64,000 bases of DNA, from contig NC_092678.1 in the NCBI RefSeq assembly GCF_964355755.1, positions 21,965,365 to 22,029,364 of the forward strand, given 5' to 3'. A model generated the notes under the pieces. That model saw nothing but the letters and a program-made list of their open reading frames with translations. It was not told where the DNA came from and made no database searches. The translations under genes and the position numbers were made by a program. This document shows, in pieces, positions 26,677 through 40,900 of the stretch. The stretch's first letter is position 1; each line of letters opens with the position of its first letter. The DNA is from Antedon mediterranea (lineage: Eukaryota > Animalia > Echinodermata).

Positions 26677-28869
26677 GTAAGTGTAGGCCTACAGTTTATA
26701 TCTAACTCTAACATTCAACATTAAAAAATAAAAGTACAAAATACTGGTGAAAAGAGATACAGTAATCAGTTTTAAAGATGACTTCTGTCCATACAGCTTT
26801 TCAATTCAATTAAATTTATTCCGGATTTTACAATACAAACAATAATACATCACACGTATATTAGACCCGGGGGGGGGGGGGATTCCAACAGCAGACTTTA
26901 AATCGCAACTTTATTGTTTGTTTTATGAGAGATTCTCAATTTAAAAACTGGCGTAGTTTCAGAAGCTATCACAACACTAATTCGTACTGTAGTAGCATAT
27001 GAAACTTTTCTCGTAATCTTCAAATTTTAAGAACAAAACATTCTCTAAATAAACATATGCACACAGGGACTATAAATAAAATTAAACAAAATAAAAGTAA
27101 GTATATGGTGAAGGATAGAAAGGTGTGGGTTGGTTATATGTGTAATGTTTTAGAGTCAAAGTTGATAGAATTTAAAATAGGCTTTTTATGTATTCAATTT
27201 GCTACAATACAGCAGTTAGCCAATTATAGTACACAATTTATGACATGAACTTGATACAATGGAATGGCATTAAATTGGTTATAGGATTTCGGCAAGTTTC
27301 ATCAAGGTTTGGTATGTGAGTAGGATGTATTCAATAAAGATCTTTATTCCTCTAACCACCCATCGAGCAGAAAACCACAAAAACAAAACAAACTACAAAA
27401 AGATTATTAAACATGATCAAATTTACTAAACTGTTTTCACTCAACAGTTATTTTGACAGTAATTAGTTTCTTAATTGGCTGACACATGATATAAAGTCAG
27501 TGGTCAAGCGGCAACAGCCTACATTGGTCAAGCCATGGCCTGGGAACAGCCAAAGGCAGCGACATACAGCTGACCATACAATGCGACTTGTTGACCACAT
27601 GTTTGGAATAAGCCACATGTACTTTGACCATGTCAATTCCTAAGCCTCTCACTAATCCCTGCTGCTGCCTAGACAATATTGGTGTGTTAGAAATAGGCAT
27701 GGCCACCAAGGAGAAGTAGGCAAGAGAGCCAATATTGCCGGGGGGAATTAGGGAGAGTCAATAATTGTCTTGCGATGGGGCTAGGAGTTTTATTATAGCT
27801 TTATAGAGAGTTTCAAAATTACAGTTTTAAAGAAACCATGCAGATCCAAAGGGTCCATAAATATTACAATTTCCAAAAATAGGACATCAAAGGTTCAGCA
27901 CTTTTTCTAAAATCAAACTCTAGAGAAAATGTGGTTTTTCTATACAGTACAGTAGATGTATTGACTAAATACATTTCAAATACCTCATAATGTTATGATA
28001 TGGAAATTGTCAACAACAAAATAACTTTTTGATAAGCTTCTGATACTGGCAAGTTCTGTTTTAATAAATCATAAGATTTTATCCAATGATAAATACTGTA
28101 GGCCTATACTTGATAAATTTAGATCATGGTAAAAGATCTTTAGTTCATGAGAAATGATCTTAAGATCATGGGAAAAGATCACATCAACAATATTAACAAT
28201 TGTACAGTATGGCATTGTTGGCTGAGTAGATATGAATTGAACTAAAATAGGGTATTTTGATCTCTACTTTGTGATACAAATACATTTACTAGTACAGTAC
28301 AGTACTGTACAGTAGTATAGAATATTATATATTGCACTGAAGTTGTATGTCTGTGCTGTAGTTACTACGGAATCAGCATTTTATTATATCAACATACCTC
28401 TTCCAGATGTTTCATGTTTAATAATTATGCTTTTAATTAACAAAATATTTATCTAAACATAATTTTTATCTTCTCTTCTCCACTAGAACATCTTTAGTAC
28501 CTATTTTTTTTACTGACAAAGTTTAAACGAACTTCTACATAGCTGTACTTTATATTTTGTTCTTGGTACATCATACTAAACGTCATAAGTCAATGACCTA
28601 CTGCAAATAGCAAACTAAACAACTACTATTTATTACTTCAATTGTATTTTTTCAAAGTTGACTATTAAATAATAAAAATTAGTCCACTGTAAAGCTAATG
28701 AAATAATACTATAAAACTTAAAACTATTGTTATACAAAAAACAGAAAGTGCCTGGTACTAAAAATAGTATAATATAAATATAATAGTAATACTGTAGGAA
28801 GATTAACTCTGTAATTAAGTTGCGGGTAGCTTTAGAACCTTGTTTAGCTTGTTAGCAGAGTTTAGGATT

Positions 28870-28904
<35 letters not shown>

Positions 28905-31900
28905 ACAACAGGCATAGAAATAAATTCCAAACCGCCCGGTGATACACTGAAAATTATTTAATTAATTTTTGAAACGATAAAGATGAGGAAATCTGGGAGA
29001 ATGAGAAAAAGTCGCCCCAACCGAGACTCGAATATATATATATATATACGGTATATGTTCTTTGCCTCTTGTGTTTATATATATATATGTATATAAATCA
29101 AAACTTTATCGTTTTGATTTAGCTTTTCGCTTTTTATTTTTGTATCTCCATTGAGATCCAGCCACTGATACCCACAGCATTGTCATTTTTTTCAGTAATT
29201 TGCCTTTGGATTTATATATATATGTATATATTTATGTATAGCGACCGAATGAATTTATGCACACTTTAAAAACTATGTTAGTAGACCCAGGCCTACTGTA
29301 CCTCTTTTCATGTTGGAATGTTGAGAGCTTTTTAAATTCTGAAAAAATCAAGCAGCTGATATAACTACTTAAAAAATTTCTTGTTTCCACACAATTTTTT
29401 TACAAATTCTGGATCCAAGATATTTTTCTTAAACAATTTTTTCCCAACATATGGACCAAAACAAATAATAGGTAACAATGATAAAAAAATTAGATAATGA
29501 ACAGGATTTGAACTTTATAGGATTCATCGTACCGCATCAGCAATTTAATAAAGCAAGTTCTTTGTTGATGGTTGTTTACCAAGATCGTTCAAAGATATTC
29601 ATTTTACTATACTTTCTTGTACAATTAGTACCTGATTATTGAAAAGTTTTCTCATCATTTCAATTAACTACTTGATGTACTGTACTGATAAGAAATATTC
29701 TTATTAACAAATAAGTATTCTTCACCAGACAATGATTGGTGATATGGTTCTCCTCAGAGGACTCCAACAAGGTCTTCATACTTTAGGTATCTTTAAAACC
29801 AATATACTACCAACATACAGTAATTTTGAGTTTATAAGGTAACTACTGTATATAGTATAAATGAATGAATGAATGACTGGCTGGGAGCAGAAAAAGTAAT
29901 TGGCATACCCAGTATATTAAGAAAAACAGTATAGTGTTTAGAAATACATAAATCCTGTCATCAATCTTGATAACTTTATCATTTAATTTGTAAATAACTT
30001 TGACCTGCAGGTAAACTATTTTAGTTACATCTGGTTTATACTTTCATTAATTACCAACATTTAATTGGTATCAAAAATTCACATGGCCAGGGCAGCTGTT
30101 GAATGTTGCTAAGGTAACAACTGTTGCTATGGATACATCACTTGTGATGTAGGTCCCTTTAATATATTTACTTTTAGCCTATGTAAATCTAGTAGGGCAT
30201 TTTATCTCGTGTTTTGAAATTAAATATCTTTATTTACCATTTGTTGACACTTACCAGAGAAAAATTAAAATGAAACCACAAGAACTATATGGGAAATGGA
30301 AACATGATCTGTGCAAATTTAATTAAGTAACTGTCAACCAATTAACTAATTTAATTGCTGAATTAAAACAAAGAGTTTGGATGACTTTACTTAATAAGAG
30401 TGTCTCCTAAATAGGGGTTGGTGTCTTAATAAGCTCTGTCTACACTATCAAACTTTATGTTTAAAAAAAATGTGATGTTTCCATGGATATGATGTCATAT
30501 CACTACCATTTTTGGGTATATCACTACCATATTTGGGCACACTTTTTTGTCAAACTAGTTTAATAGTGTAGACAGAGATATAATTAGTATTAACAAATAT
30601 TTGTCTTCTCGTGTCCCTTTAATAGTATGCCCTGAATATGGATTTCCCAAAGGAGGGGTTCTCCTGTATGTACTGTTTAAAAAAAAAAGGTATTTATTAT
30701 TTAAAGGTTTACAGACATTTTTCATCAGTACAAATTCTCTCTATCTTGAATATTTAACTTAGATGGTGAGATAAAGTTGTTTGCGTGACACAAGGTGGGG
30801 TCTTTTAGATTTATGCTGTATGCATCATTAATGTACAATTGAACCATGACACATGGCCTGATGGCTTACATTCTCATTATTAAAGATGAGATGATTAAAT
30901 ATATTAGTTAAACTAGAGACCTATTTTGATGGGGTCCTGAGTGTACATTTCAATAAATAAATAATGCCTAAGCCTTGCAAATGGACCAGGTCTGCATGAG
31001 ACCAAGACGTTAACATCTACCACCCCTGGAAGATTTAAGGAGACAGTGGCGGATCTAGAGGCCTAAGTTGTGAAATTAAGTGCTGAATCTAACCTAATGT
31101 TTCCATTATATGTTGACCAGCCTATGGAGCAGACTTTCCTAAAACATTGATATGATACCCACTTGTCTGATCTTCTATGAGTTGACCCTTAAAATAGATT
31201 ACCATAATTCTGTTTACAAATTTCATTTACTTAATGAATTATTATATTAAATAATAAATATTCATAAAATTCATTCTGTATTTTTAAGTCGCAGATCTCT
31301 AAGCACATCCGATTAATTGACTAAGTATCACTTAATATGACAATATAATAGTATTACTTTGTAATATCACTTGATTATTTTGGCTTTGCATGGGGGTGGG
31401 TGGGCAATGCAATTTTATTTAAGTGTAATTTTTTTTATTAGTTTGTGTTTGTTTTTGTAAAGGTGTTGTACGTTCTCCATCTTAATATTGTATTTGTTTG
31501 TGATTATGATGCAAATAATTATTGATTATGATTTGATCATTTGCAGTTAGAGACAAGATTATTAGAGAAACAACAGCAACTGAGTAAAGTTGCTTATGTC
31601 CGTGGACAGTTGAACATCATACAGAGAGATCTTCCATTTTATGAAACACCTCTCAGACAGAATGGGTTCAGAGTTAAAAAACCAGAAGGGATCATTTCAT
31701 CAAAACTGACAGAACAGAATGGAACACTTCTTACAAAGTTTGAAGGTACAGAGTTGCAGTAATATGCCCACTAAGATATTACTAAATGACACGATGAGTT
31801 TTGCCAAACTAAATAGAGAATTAAAAGCTGTGTCTACACTATCAAACTAGTATGATGTGCCCAAATATGGTAGTGATATGAATCATCATGTCCGTTATGG

Positions 31901-34900
31901 GCACATAAAGTTTGATAGTGTAGACAGAGCTTTAGAGTAGAATTACTTGACACACCCCTATTTAGGGTCTACAGTACCACTATTAGAGGGGCACTTTTCT
32001 GTGAAAGTAACGATGGCAATATACTGTATTGTATGACTACAGTCAACCTCTATTCAAGGGACACCCATATTAAAGGAAAACTATTTTTGTCCTGAAGGTG
32101 TAACCTCAATAGGCCCACAGGCTCTACCATAATAGAAACACTGATTGATTGTAAATGAATCCATTTCTTTTGCAGAAATAGCGGTGTCAAAGGATCTCAC
32201 TGAAAATGAAAATGTGATTAATCCATGGATGCTGATGTTATGCATGACTTACTCGGATGGAGATAAAGGCGATTGTATTCAGCGTGAGACAATCCGCCAT
32301 TTACAAGCTGGCCAAAAGGTACTGCTGTACAGTATTACTTTGTTAATAAAATATATGTAATGAATAATTATGCCTTTTTCTCCTAAATGAATACAGTACC
32401 AACGAAAACATTTTCCACTCTCCAAAACTTTTCAGTTAGGAAAAGCAAACATTTTAATATACAATATTTTAGCTAATGAGCAAAACCGGTGCTGAGCACT
32501 ACAGTGGGTATAGCAACTATGTTGAGATTTGTATAACAGAACTAGACACATGTCAAACACATTTGTTCTTCTACTCTAAACAATCTAAAAATTCTTTTTT
32601 AATGAATAATAATAATAATAATAAATAAATAAAATAAAATAAATACTTTTAATTAACTGGCTGAACAGCATTAACAAAATAAGTGCTTCATTGTAAGTAA
32701 ACCATTTTTACGTGTTCATACAACTTTAAAATATTTTAAATCGGCAAAGAAAGAAAAAATAGTTAAAAAGTATTTATGTCATGTCTGCCGATTTGTCATT
32801 GATTTATTGAGACATACAGTAATTGTAGCCTGCCTACATCTGATAAAATCAAACGTTCTGTGTTTTATCTACACAAATTACTGACCTTGACAAAATTACT
32901 CATAAATTACAGCGAATAATCATCAAATAACACAGAATAATAAATAGTCATGATTATAATTATTCTATTGTGTATCTTTTTACTGTAGGTTAATAGAATA
33001 CCAGGTATTAGAGAAACGTTATGGAGAAAAGATAAGTTTTGCTCAACCATGAATGCGGCTCGAAGGATCCCAGGTGTGACAAACAAATTGACAATATAAA
33101 GCTCTGTCTACACTATCAAACTTTATGTGAGAAAAAAATGTGATGTGCCCATATATGGACATGATGATGTCATATCACTACCATATTTGGGCATATCGCT
33201 AGCGTATTTGGGCACATCATATTTTTGTTGTCAAACTAGTTTGATAGTGTAGACAGAGCTTTACACAACTTTCCAAATATTTAAAGGCTGGTAATGTGCA
33301 AATAATCGAAAATAGGAACTATACTAAATAGACTAATTATTTTATTACTAGTACAAAAATGTTAATTTATTGCATGGTAAATTTATGGTATCTTATAATG
33401 TTAAAGATTGTCATGCAATAAATTAAATTTAGTAATTATACAATATCATTCCTACATAGGAAATATTAATCTTAATCTAATTTCCTTTTTAACACACAAA
33501 GTACAGTAGCTGGAAGTGGCCTTTGTGTGATGTATTTATATCCTCCACAAGTTTGTAAAGTTATTTTAGAATAGAGGGCAGTATTGTTAAAATGTCTAAA
33601 TTTAGTTTTTATCTCCCTGATTTTTCTTTTTATTTTAGATCTTTATTTTAAAGTAGTTATATCAGTATTAGTAATTTGAAAAAGTGAATAAAATAAAACA
33701 CTTTAAGGTGTTGACTGTATAAGTTGTCCAAGAATTATGGACTCTTACTTAAGCTCTGTCTACACTATCAAACTTGATGTGCCCATATATACAGATACAG
33801 ATACAGATACAGATTCATTTATTGTCCAAAATAATAATGGAAATTACAGTGCTCATAAACCTTGGCTTGCCTAAAATAAATATAAATATGGACATATCAC
33901 TACCATATTTGGGCATATCACTACCACATTTGGGCACATCACACTGTTTTTGTCAAACTAATTTGATAGTGTAGACAGAGCATTAGACCTACTCGATATC
34001 ATGGCTTATATACATCATTGGGGTGCATAGTTAGAGCATTAATACAATTTTATTTCTTTTATTTTACAGCACTGAGAAAAGGTGTAATTTCTCCAGTTTG
34101 TTGGGTTTTACCAATGCAGTATGAGCAGTTCTTAGGAGTAGCTGATGCGTTAGGTACAGATGCGAGGTGGGTTGTAAAGTCAACTGCCCCTGGTGGTGCT
34201 ATACAACTATTGCAACCTACTAGAGATCGAGATTTTGCCAAAGTTAAACAGTAAGTTTGAGATAGTAACATAATCTCCCCCTAAAGGACACCATACTTTG
34301 CAAGTTCCAAAGACATTCCTTTTAGCGGTTCTACTGTATAAGACATTAAAATCACCTTTGAAGTAGAGTATTATTATGTGGTTTTAGTTAGGAGAGATCT
34401 AAACAATTATGAATTATTTTCTTTTTTGTAGGTATAGTGAAAAAAACGCTGTGGTACAACAATACTTTCCAAACCCTTTGTTAGTATTTGGCATGCCGGT
34501 CAGCGTGAGGGCGCATGTTCTTGTCACATCAATCGCTCCATTAACGGTGTATATTCATTCGCAGGGAATTGTGCATTATAGGCAAGATTATCAAAAACAC
34601 TTCAAAAAGGTAAAAAAAAAAGAAATGATTATATGAGTTTTAAAAAGTTTTCGGCAGATGTTTGCATTTTCATTTCTACTTTGTACCTATTTGATTTATT
34701 TTTTAGGTTCCAAATAGGACCTGGCTGTTCTCACAGTTAAAAACTTACCTATCACAAACATACGGAAAGAATGCAGCTAAGATTGCATTTGAGAATATGG
34801 GGAGTGTGATAGTACAGACACTACTAGTGGTTGAATCATCATTAGAAGAGCATTTTAAATCATATTCAACCAATAGAAATTCGCCTTTCAAGTAAGTATG

Positions 34901-37900
34901 CTAAAAAAAGTGGGTATGACCATATTGTTTAACTAGAATGAAGGTATCCAATTAAAGCCAGAGCCCTTTTAAATTGGACCAGGTAAATCTAATTTTATTA
35001 TCAATTAATAATTCTTAAAACATTCTACAAATGTTTTACTGGATTTATTACTATTTTTAAGGTGCAAACATTGTTTTCAACTGCTTGGTTTCGATCTAAT
35101 CTTCAACTCAACTCTTCACCCAGTTATAATTGAGGTTGGTAATATATTAGTTATCGCTATTTTTAGTGTGCAGGAACCAATTTACCTTGATAAAAAGCTA
35201 AGCCTGAACAGGTACAAGGTTTTGACTACACCATACAGCAGTTCAAAGCTTGGTTCCCACTAGATGCAGCACAAGGATGTAGACACAAAGCAAGTGAGTT
35301 GACCTGACCAGGGACTGTTGCTTGTGATTGGTCATTGCGTTGCATTTCTCATCAAGCTTAACATATGGATAGTATTGTTATGTTATCATAATACTTAAAG
35401 CCCCATTCCCTACGTTTTTTAGATCTAATTTAAGATCACAAACTATATTTAATGTAAAAATAATACTATATGGTCCTATTGCGATAACTTTTTTCGTCTT
35501 TAAACGGTTAAAAATGTGAAAAATAAATCGATTCTAATAATTATAGCGGCCCGCTATAAATCCCAAAATGCATTGCGCGCGGATTGATATTTTTGTTTTT
35601 CACCTGTAATTCGCCCACTTTTCGATCGATCGTGAAGCCAAAACAAATGGAAGACTCCTAACTTTTCAGCGAAAATACCGGGTTTTCCCCAATTTGTATC
35701 AATGGAGTCTGGCAAAAATAGAAAGACAATTAATGCAGCAACTATACAACGTCAGGCTAGGTATATAGCTAGCGTACGATGTTCGTACGTTATCGATGTT
35801 TACCAGCTAGGCCTACAAAACTAAGCCTAGCTAGGCTACAGTAGGCCTAAGACCGTCCACGAGAGGTCGATCGCCGCGAGCTACTTAGGTAGTGCATTGT
35901 TTCTCACTTTTTATCATAATTTACCATAAAACATACATTTAAGACAAGGAATGACATGGTTTAATGTTTTTAAAGTGATATATATGTATTATTTTCCAAA
36001 AAACGTCCAAAATTGCAGGGAAGGGGTCTTTAAAAAACATACAATGCTTATGATTTCTATCTTAGAAAATTGGATGAAACCCATTTGTAATTCATTTACC
36101 TACTTTCGCAGGTAAATGGCCATCCTGACCTAGACTTTTCAAAAGATGCCAATGAATGGTCAGCTGGTGACCATACACAGCAGACGGTCATTGACGACAC
36201 CCTTAAAATCTTATTCTCAAATTCATCTGTCGCTCTTGATGTTGCTGAAGCTTTGGAAACACTTAATTTGAATATTGGAATAAAGGTAAAAAACTATTAT
36301 ACTGCCCTCTATGTTCAAAAACTATTTTATTGGATGGATTGAGAATAATAGATCTAGATAACTTTTACAAAACATCTTTTTTAAGGTCTCTCTTTATCTA
36401 GAAAGTACAGATACAGGTTATGTTGTACAGTACTCTATAGCAAAATGAATTTCCTTTCTCTACAATTCCTCACAGTATAAAACCATTGGTTAAATTGTGT
36501 ATTTCAGTTCATTTTAAATACTGTATGCCCTAATCTAAAGTCAGACCTAATAATAAATTGAAAGAACTAAACACTTGTTTACCTTGTAAAGTACTAATAA
36601 TTTATAAATATATGATATCAATATTTATTTTGTTAGGGTCTAAACTGTCAGTCATCTCATCAACTGTGTTTGACAGATGGTGACTTAGAATACCTGATGG
36701 GGACTCACAGACAGAAACAGAACAAGGGACAGTTTCAGCAGGTTAGTATTTGGTTGATGTCTACCTCTGTCCTGTGCTGTGTCAGAATAATGTCAGACCA
36801 AATTGCATTAAAATAGCAGTTTAAAGCTCTGTCTACACTATCAAAACTAGCTTGACAAAAAAGTATGATGGTGCCCAAATATGGTGGTGATATAATGTCA
36901 TCGTTTCTATATATGGGCACATCAGAATTTTTTGTTTGATAGTGTAGACAGAGCTATAAAGACAGAAAGACAGAAATCAATGTATAAAGGATTCCTTTGT
37001 ATTCTTTTTAGCTCTACCCTTCAACAGAAAACCACAAGTACAACAGTTTAATCAAAGACCTTGTCAGACTTCAAAACTCCAAACAAAAGACAAGACAAAA
37101 AGAACCAGTACCAACTGACAGCCGACATAGCACACCAGATCTGCATCCAGTAATAACCGCTGTTGAGAGTTTCTTCCATGGCAGAGTTACCATACAAGAG
37201 CAGGGATACTCTCAAGAACAGGATGCCATAGGAAGCGTACATAGGGCAAGAGAGGATGTCCGACCTATTCATGATGTCTTTGACATCAATAATCCTTACA
37301 TGGAGAAGTATAAAAAGACACAGTGTAGTGAAGGTACAGTATGATGGTTTATAGATGAACATATTGATATAAAAGAATTAGGAAACAAGAAATTGAAAAG
37401 AAAATTGATTAATTCATATCAATTTCAGATCTACAGACTATGCCATACTGTACATTTATGAGATATTCTTTGAGCCTAATATTTCATTTTTCATTTCAGA
37501 TCGGCAGACTATGCCATACATTTCTGGGATCTTCTTTGAGCCCAATATCTCATTTAGCCCAGAATTTGACCCCTACACCAGTGAGTACTACGCCAAAGTG
37601 CCTTATGATACAATGATCACCAGGGTTTGGGCACATTCTATGAACTGTGACTGTGAAGTAAGGCTGGAAGACAAGTATGGGCTTTCAAGGTAACTAATGT
37701 TTATACAGTATTCACTGATTTCTTATGGGCTCGAACCTAACCCCTACCCATCAGTGCAAGCTCGGTCGTACATACAGCTATATGAACGCCAGGCTAGTGA
37801 TCTGGAGGTCAAGGATTACTTTGTTTAATTAATTTTTGGCAAGTATTCTCAATGTACTTAATATAATTAAGTACAAATTACGTCAGAGTAGAACAAAACA

Positions 37901-40900
37901 TATGACCAATTATAAATGTTTAACTTCTTATTTAGATTATTTTTCTCCATATGTACTGTATAAGAAATTTTTGCAATAATTGCATGCACATTGGAGCACT
38001 TTACGTAGTTCATTAAGATAGTGAGATGGAGTTTAAGGATATGGTGATATCTTAATGCACTACAGTGTGTAATACCAGACACAACAAAGTAACCTATAGT
38101 TATTACTGTATAATCCATTAAAATGTCATTTTTATCACCAGGCCAGCTAATTATTCCATTGGTATTGGTGACAATCGTGTTAATTTACTCGTTGTGGACA
38201 TTACACATACAGAGCCATGGGTGATTAACACGTATGTGGTGCATGTGTATCGGGAAGGACTTAGTGAGCATGAGCAGGAGTTCAAAGATGATGAGGCTCA
38301 CCAAGTATGCAGTTTAATACAGGTAAAGTATAATAGACAATAGACAATGAAGATGTTATCTGTGTATGTTGAGTTTTTCTATGGAATCCAGCTGTAACTG
38401 GAAATCTGATTGATGGACTGATAATCAAATCTTCTGGGAAGATAACATACACATTTTATAATAGCTCTTGAACTATATGTTTCGTTTAGGAGTGTGATTT
38501 GAAGTTTATACCATTTGATAGATGTGGACTGAACCGTATGCCGTATAGCAGCTGGCCTGCATTCTTACAGCAGACGGACCAGCTGCCACTGTGCAAGGCA
38601 GGAGATAGCCCAGGTGGGTCAAGCTGCTTACAATCATTTAGCATCGTTTATGCAAATTGCTTCTTTCTATATTGATGCATAGAGTTATTAGTTATACCTC
38701 AACGATTGATGCATCCAGTAGTTTTGTGTTATACATTGTCAATTTGAATTGTATTACGTAATCTATCTGTCTGTCTACACTATCATCAAATTAAAAAAAC
38801 TGTGCTCAATTGTAGTGATATACCCAAATATGTTATGACATCATCATGTCCATATATGGGCACATCACATTTTGTTGTCACATAAACTTTGATAAGTGTA
38901 GAGAGAGCTTTACACAGTAATTAAAATACAATAGATTTGTTACTTTCTCCAGAATGTAATGTTATTTTTTGTTCCTACATTTAAAAACAAAGTATTTTCT
39001 AATAATTATTCTACAGTATTATTGCCTTTGATTACAAACAGCAGAAAACTGCGGTTTAGCCTTTAACATCAACTTGCAGTTACTTCGTGGCTTGTTGGTC
39101 AATCTTAACAATAATAATCATATCTGACTGGCGTTGTATGATTGAATTTCCATGCCAGCCTTGTCTTAATTTTTTGACCACGTTAAAATAAATTAATAAC
39201 ACATATCGTTCAATCTCATTTCCAAGTAGCCGTATGGACAAAATTATTTTCATGTTGTATGCTCCGCAAAATGAATGCAAAAAAATAATATAATCAATAG
39301 TTATGTTTTGAAAATATGTTTGTTGCTTAGTCACATGGGAATTTTTAGTATCCCATGAGTCAAGTGCCTACTTAACGAATAGTTATGAGTTGTTTAATAA
39401 GAAACGGTTATTATTCGTAATAATTTGTCGTCGATGGATTACCTCTGAGCCGTATGCTACACCTGTTATGTTAAGACCGTGTCGCAAGAGGTCAGGGATA
39501 AGTATGTTACTTAATATGACCAGGAGAATGCTAAATATAAAACATATGTAATGAAATAACAGGGGTCTAGCGGTCATTGTTATTGTGTGACAAAGAGTTG
39601 AATGGTCAATAGAAGTCGTTAACAGACACTGTTACAACTGGTTTTTTATAAAGATTATTGAATTGACGATGACCAGTAGATAATGTGAAACAGAGCTTAA
39701 CAGAATAATAAAGTAACTTGATATGCTTGTTTTATGTACAGTATAGTTTATAATAATACTACATTACTGCAATATCAATGATCCCTTAAAGCGTAGTTCC
39801 CACTAGGAGTGAACAAGCAAGTTCTCCTCTGGGAGACCAGTCTTTGGCTGAAGAGTTTACCCAGTATAAATATATATTTCAATCAAGTTGACCAATGAAA
39901 AGCGAATAATCCATGATTGGTGATTGGTTAAATTACTTGCGATGCACTTATGTCTTACATTACGTCCAAAGAAAATTTAGCAACACACTAAGATTCCTTA
40001 AGGTCATTGTATTCTAAAGAACTTTCACAAAATTTGAAACCCAGAAAGTTTTTGAAAAAATAGCAAATGCTATTGAAAGTGCTGAGTAAAAAAGAAAGAA
40101 GTAAAATAGAAAATAAAATTAGATGAATTTTAGTTTTAATGTTTGGATATTTTTAATTAAATGTTTACATTATCCTTCTTTAGGTCAGTGGACGATACCA
40201 TGTGGCATGTGCAATGACCGTAACACCTGCTTCTTTAGGAAAGCCAGGTGGCAGCCTTACACCTGTAGACATGCTCACATGACCCATGACAGGCTGCAAG
40301 AATGTATGGCAGGAAAAAGGGTATGTAAGGCAACATATATTTCAGGAAGAGATGTGGGTAAAATCAAGTTTGTTATTGGTATGGGCAGACCATTGATAGT
40401 TTATGTGCTAGATGGCAAACTTCTATAGAATAAAGCTCAGAAAGAAAGCTAAGGAAAGATTCCTCGCACTCGCAGTATGACTACTGCAAATTAGCCAATC
40501 AGATGCCTTGAGCCTTGCGCAAGCACAGACCTCTTACCCGCATTCAACAAGTCTTATTCTTAGCATCATGATACACTACTGTATGTAAACTTGTGTACCT
40601 ATTTTATGAATTGTTTTGGTCTATTAGTCTATTTTAAGAATATGAATAAAATTAATCATTTAAATATTCATTTAAATTTAAATACAGGTGATATTTCTTG
40701 GTGATTCTACTAATCGAGGTATAATGTACTACATTATGGAGCAAGTGAACGGAACTTTAAATGAATGGGACAAAACACATGATATTAAAATCTATAACAA
40801 TCTTAACCACAACCGGACATCCACTGTGTTTGGGTATTTCCCACAATTCATGATACCAGCAAATCAGCGTCCAATGTTTGATAAAGCATTTATGCAGGTG

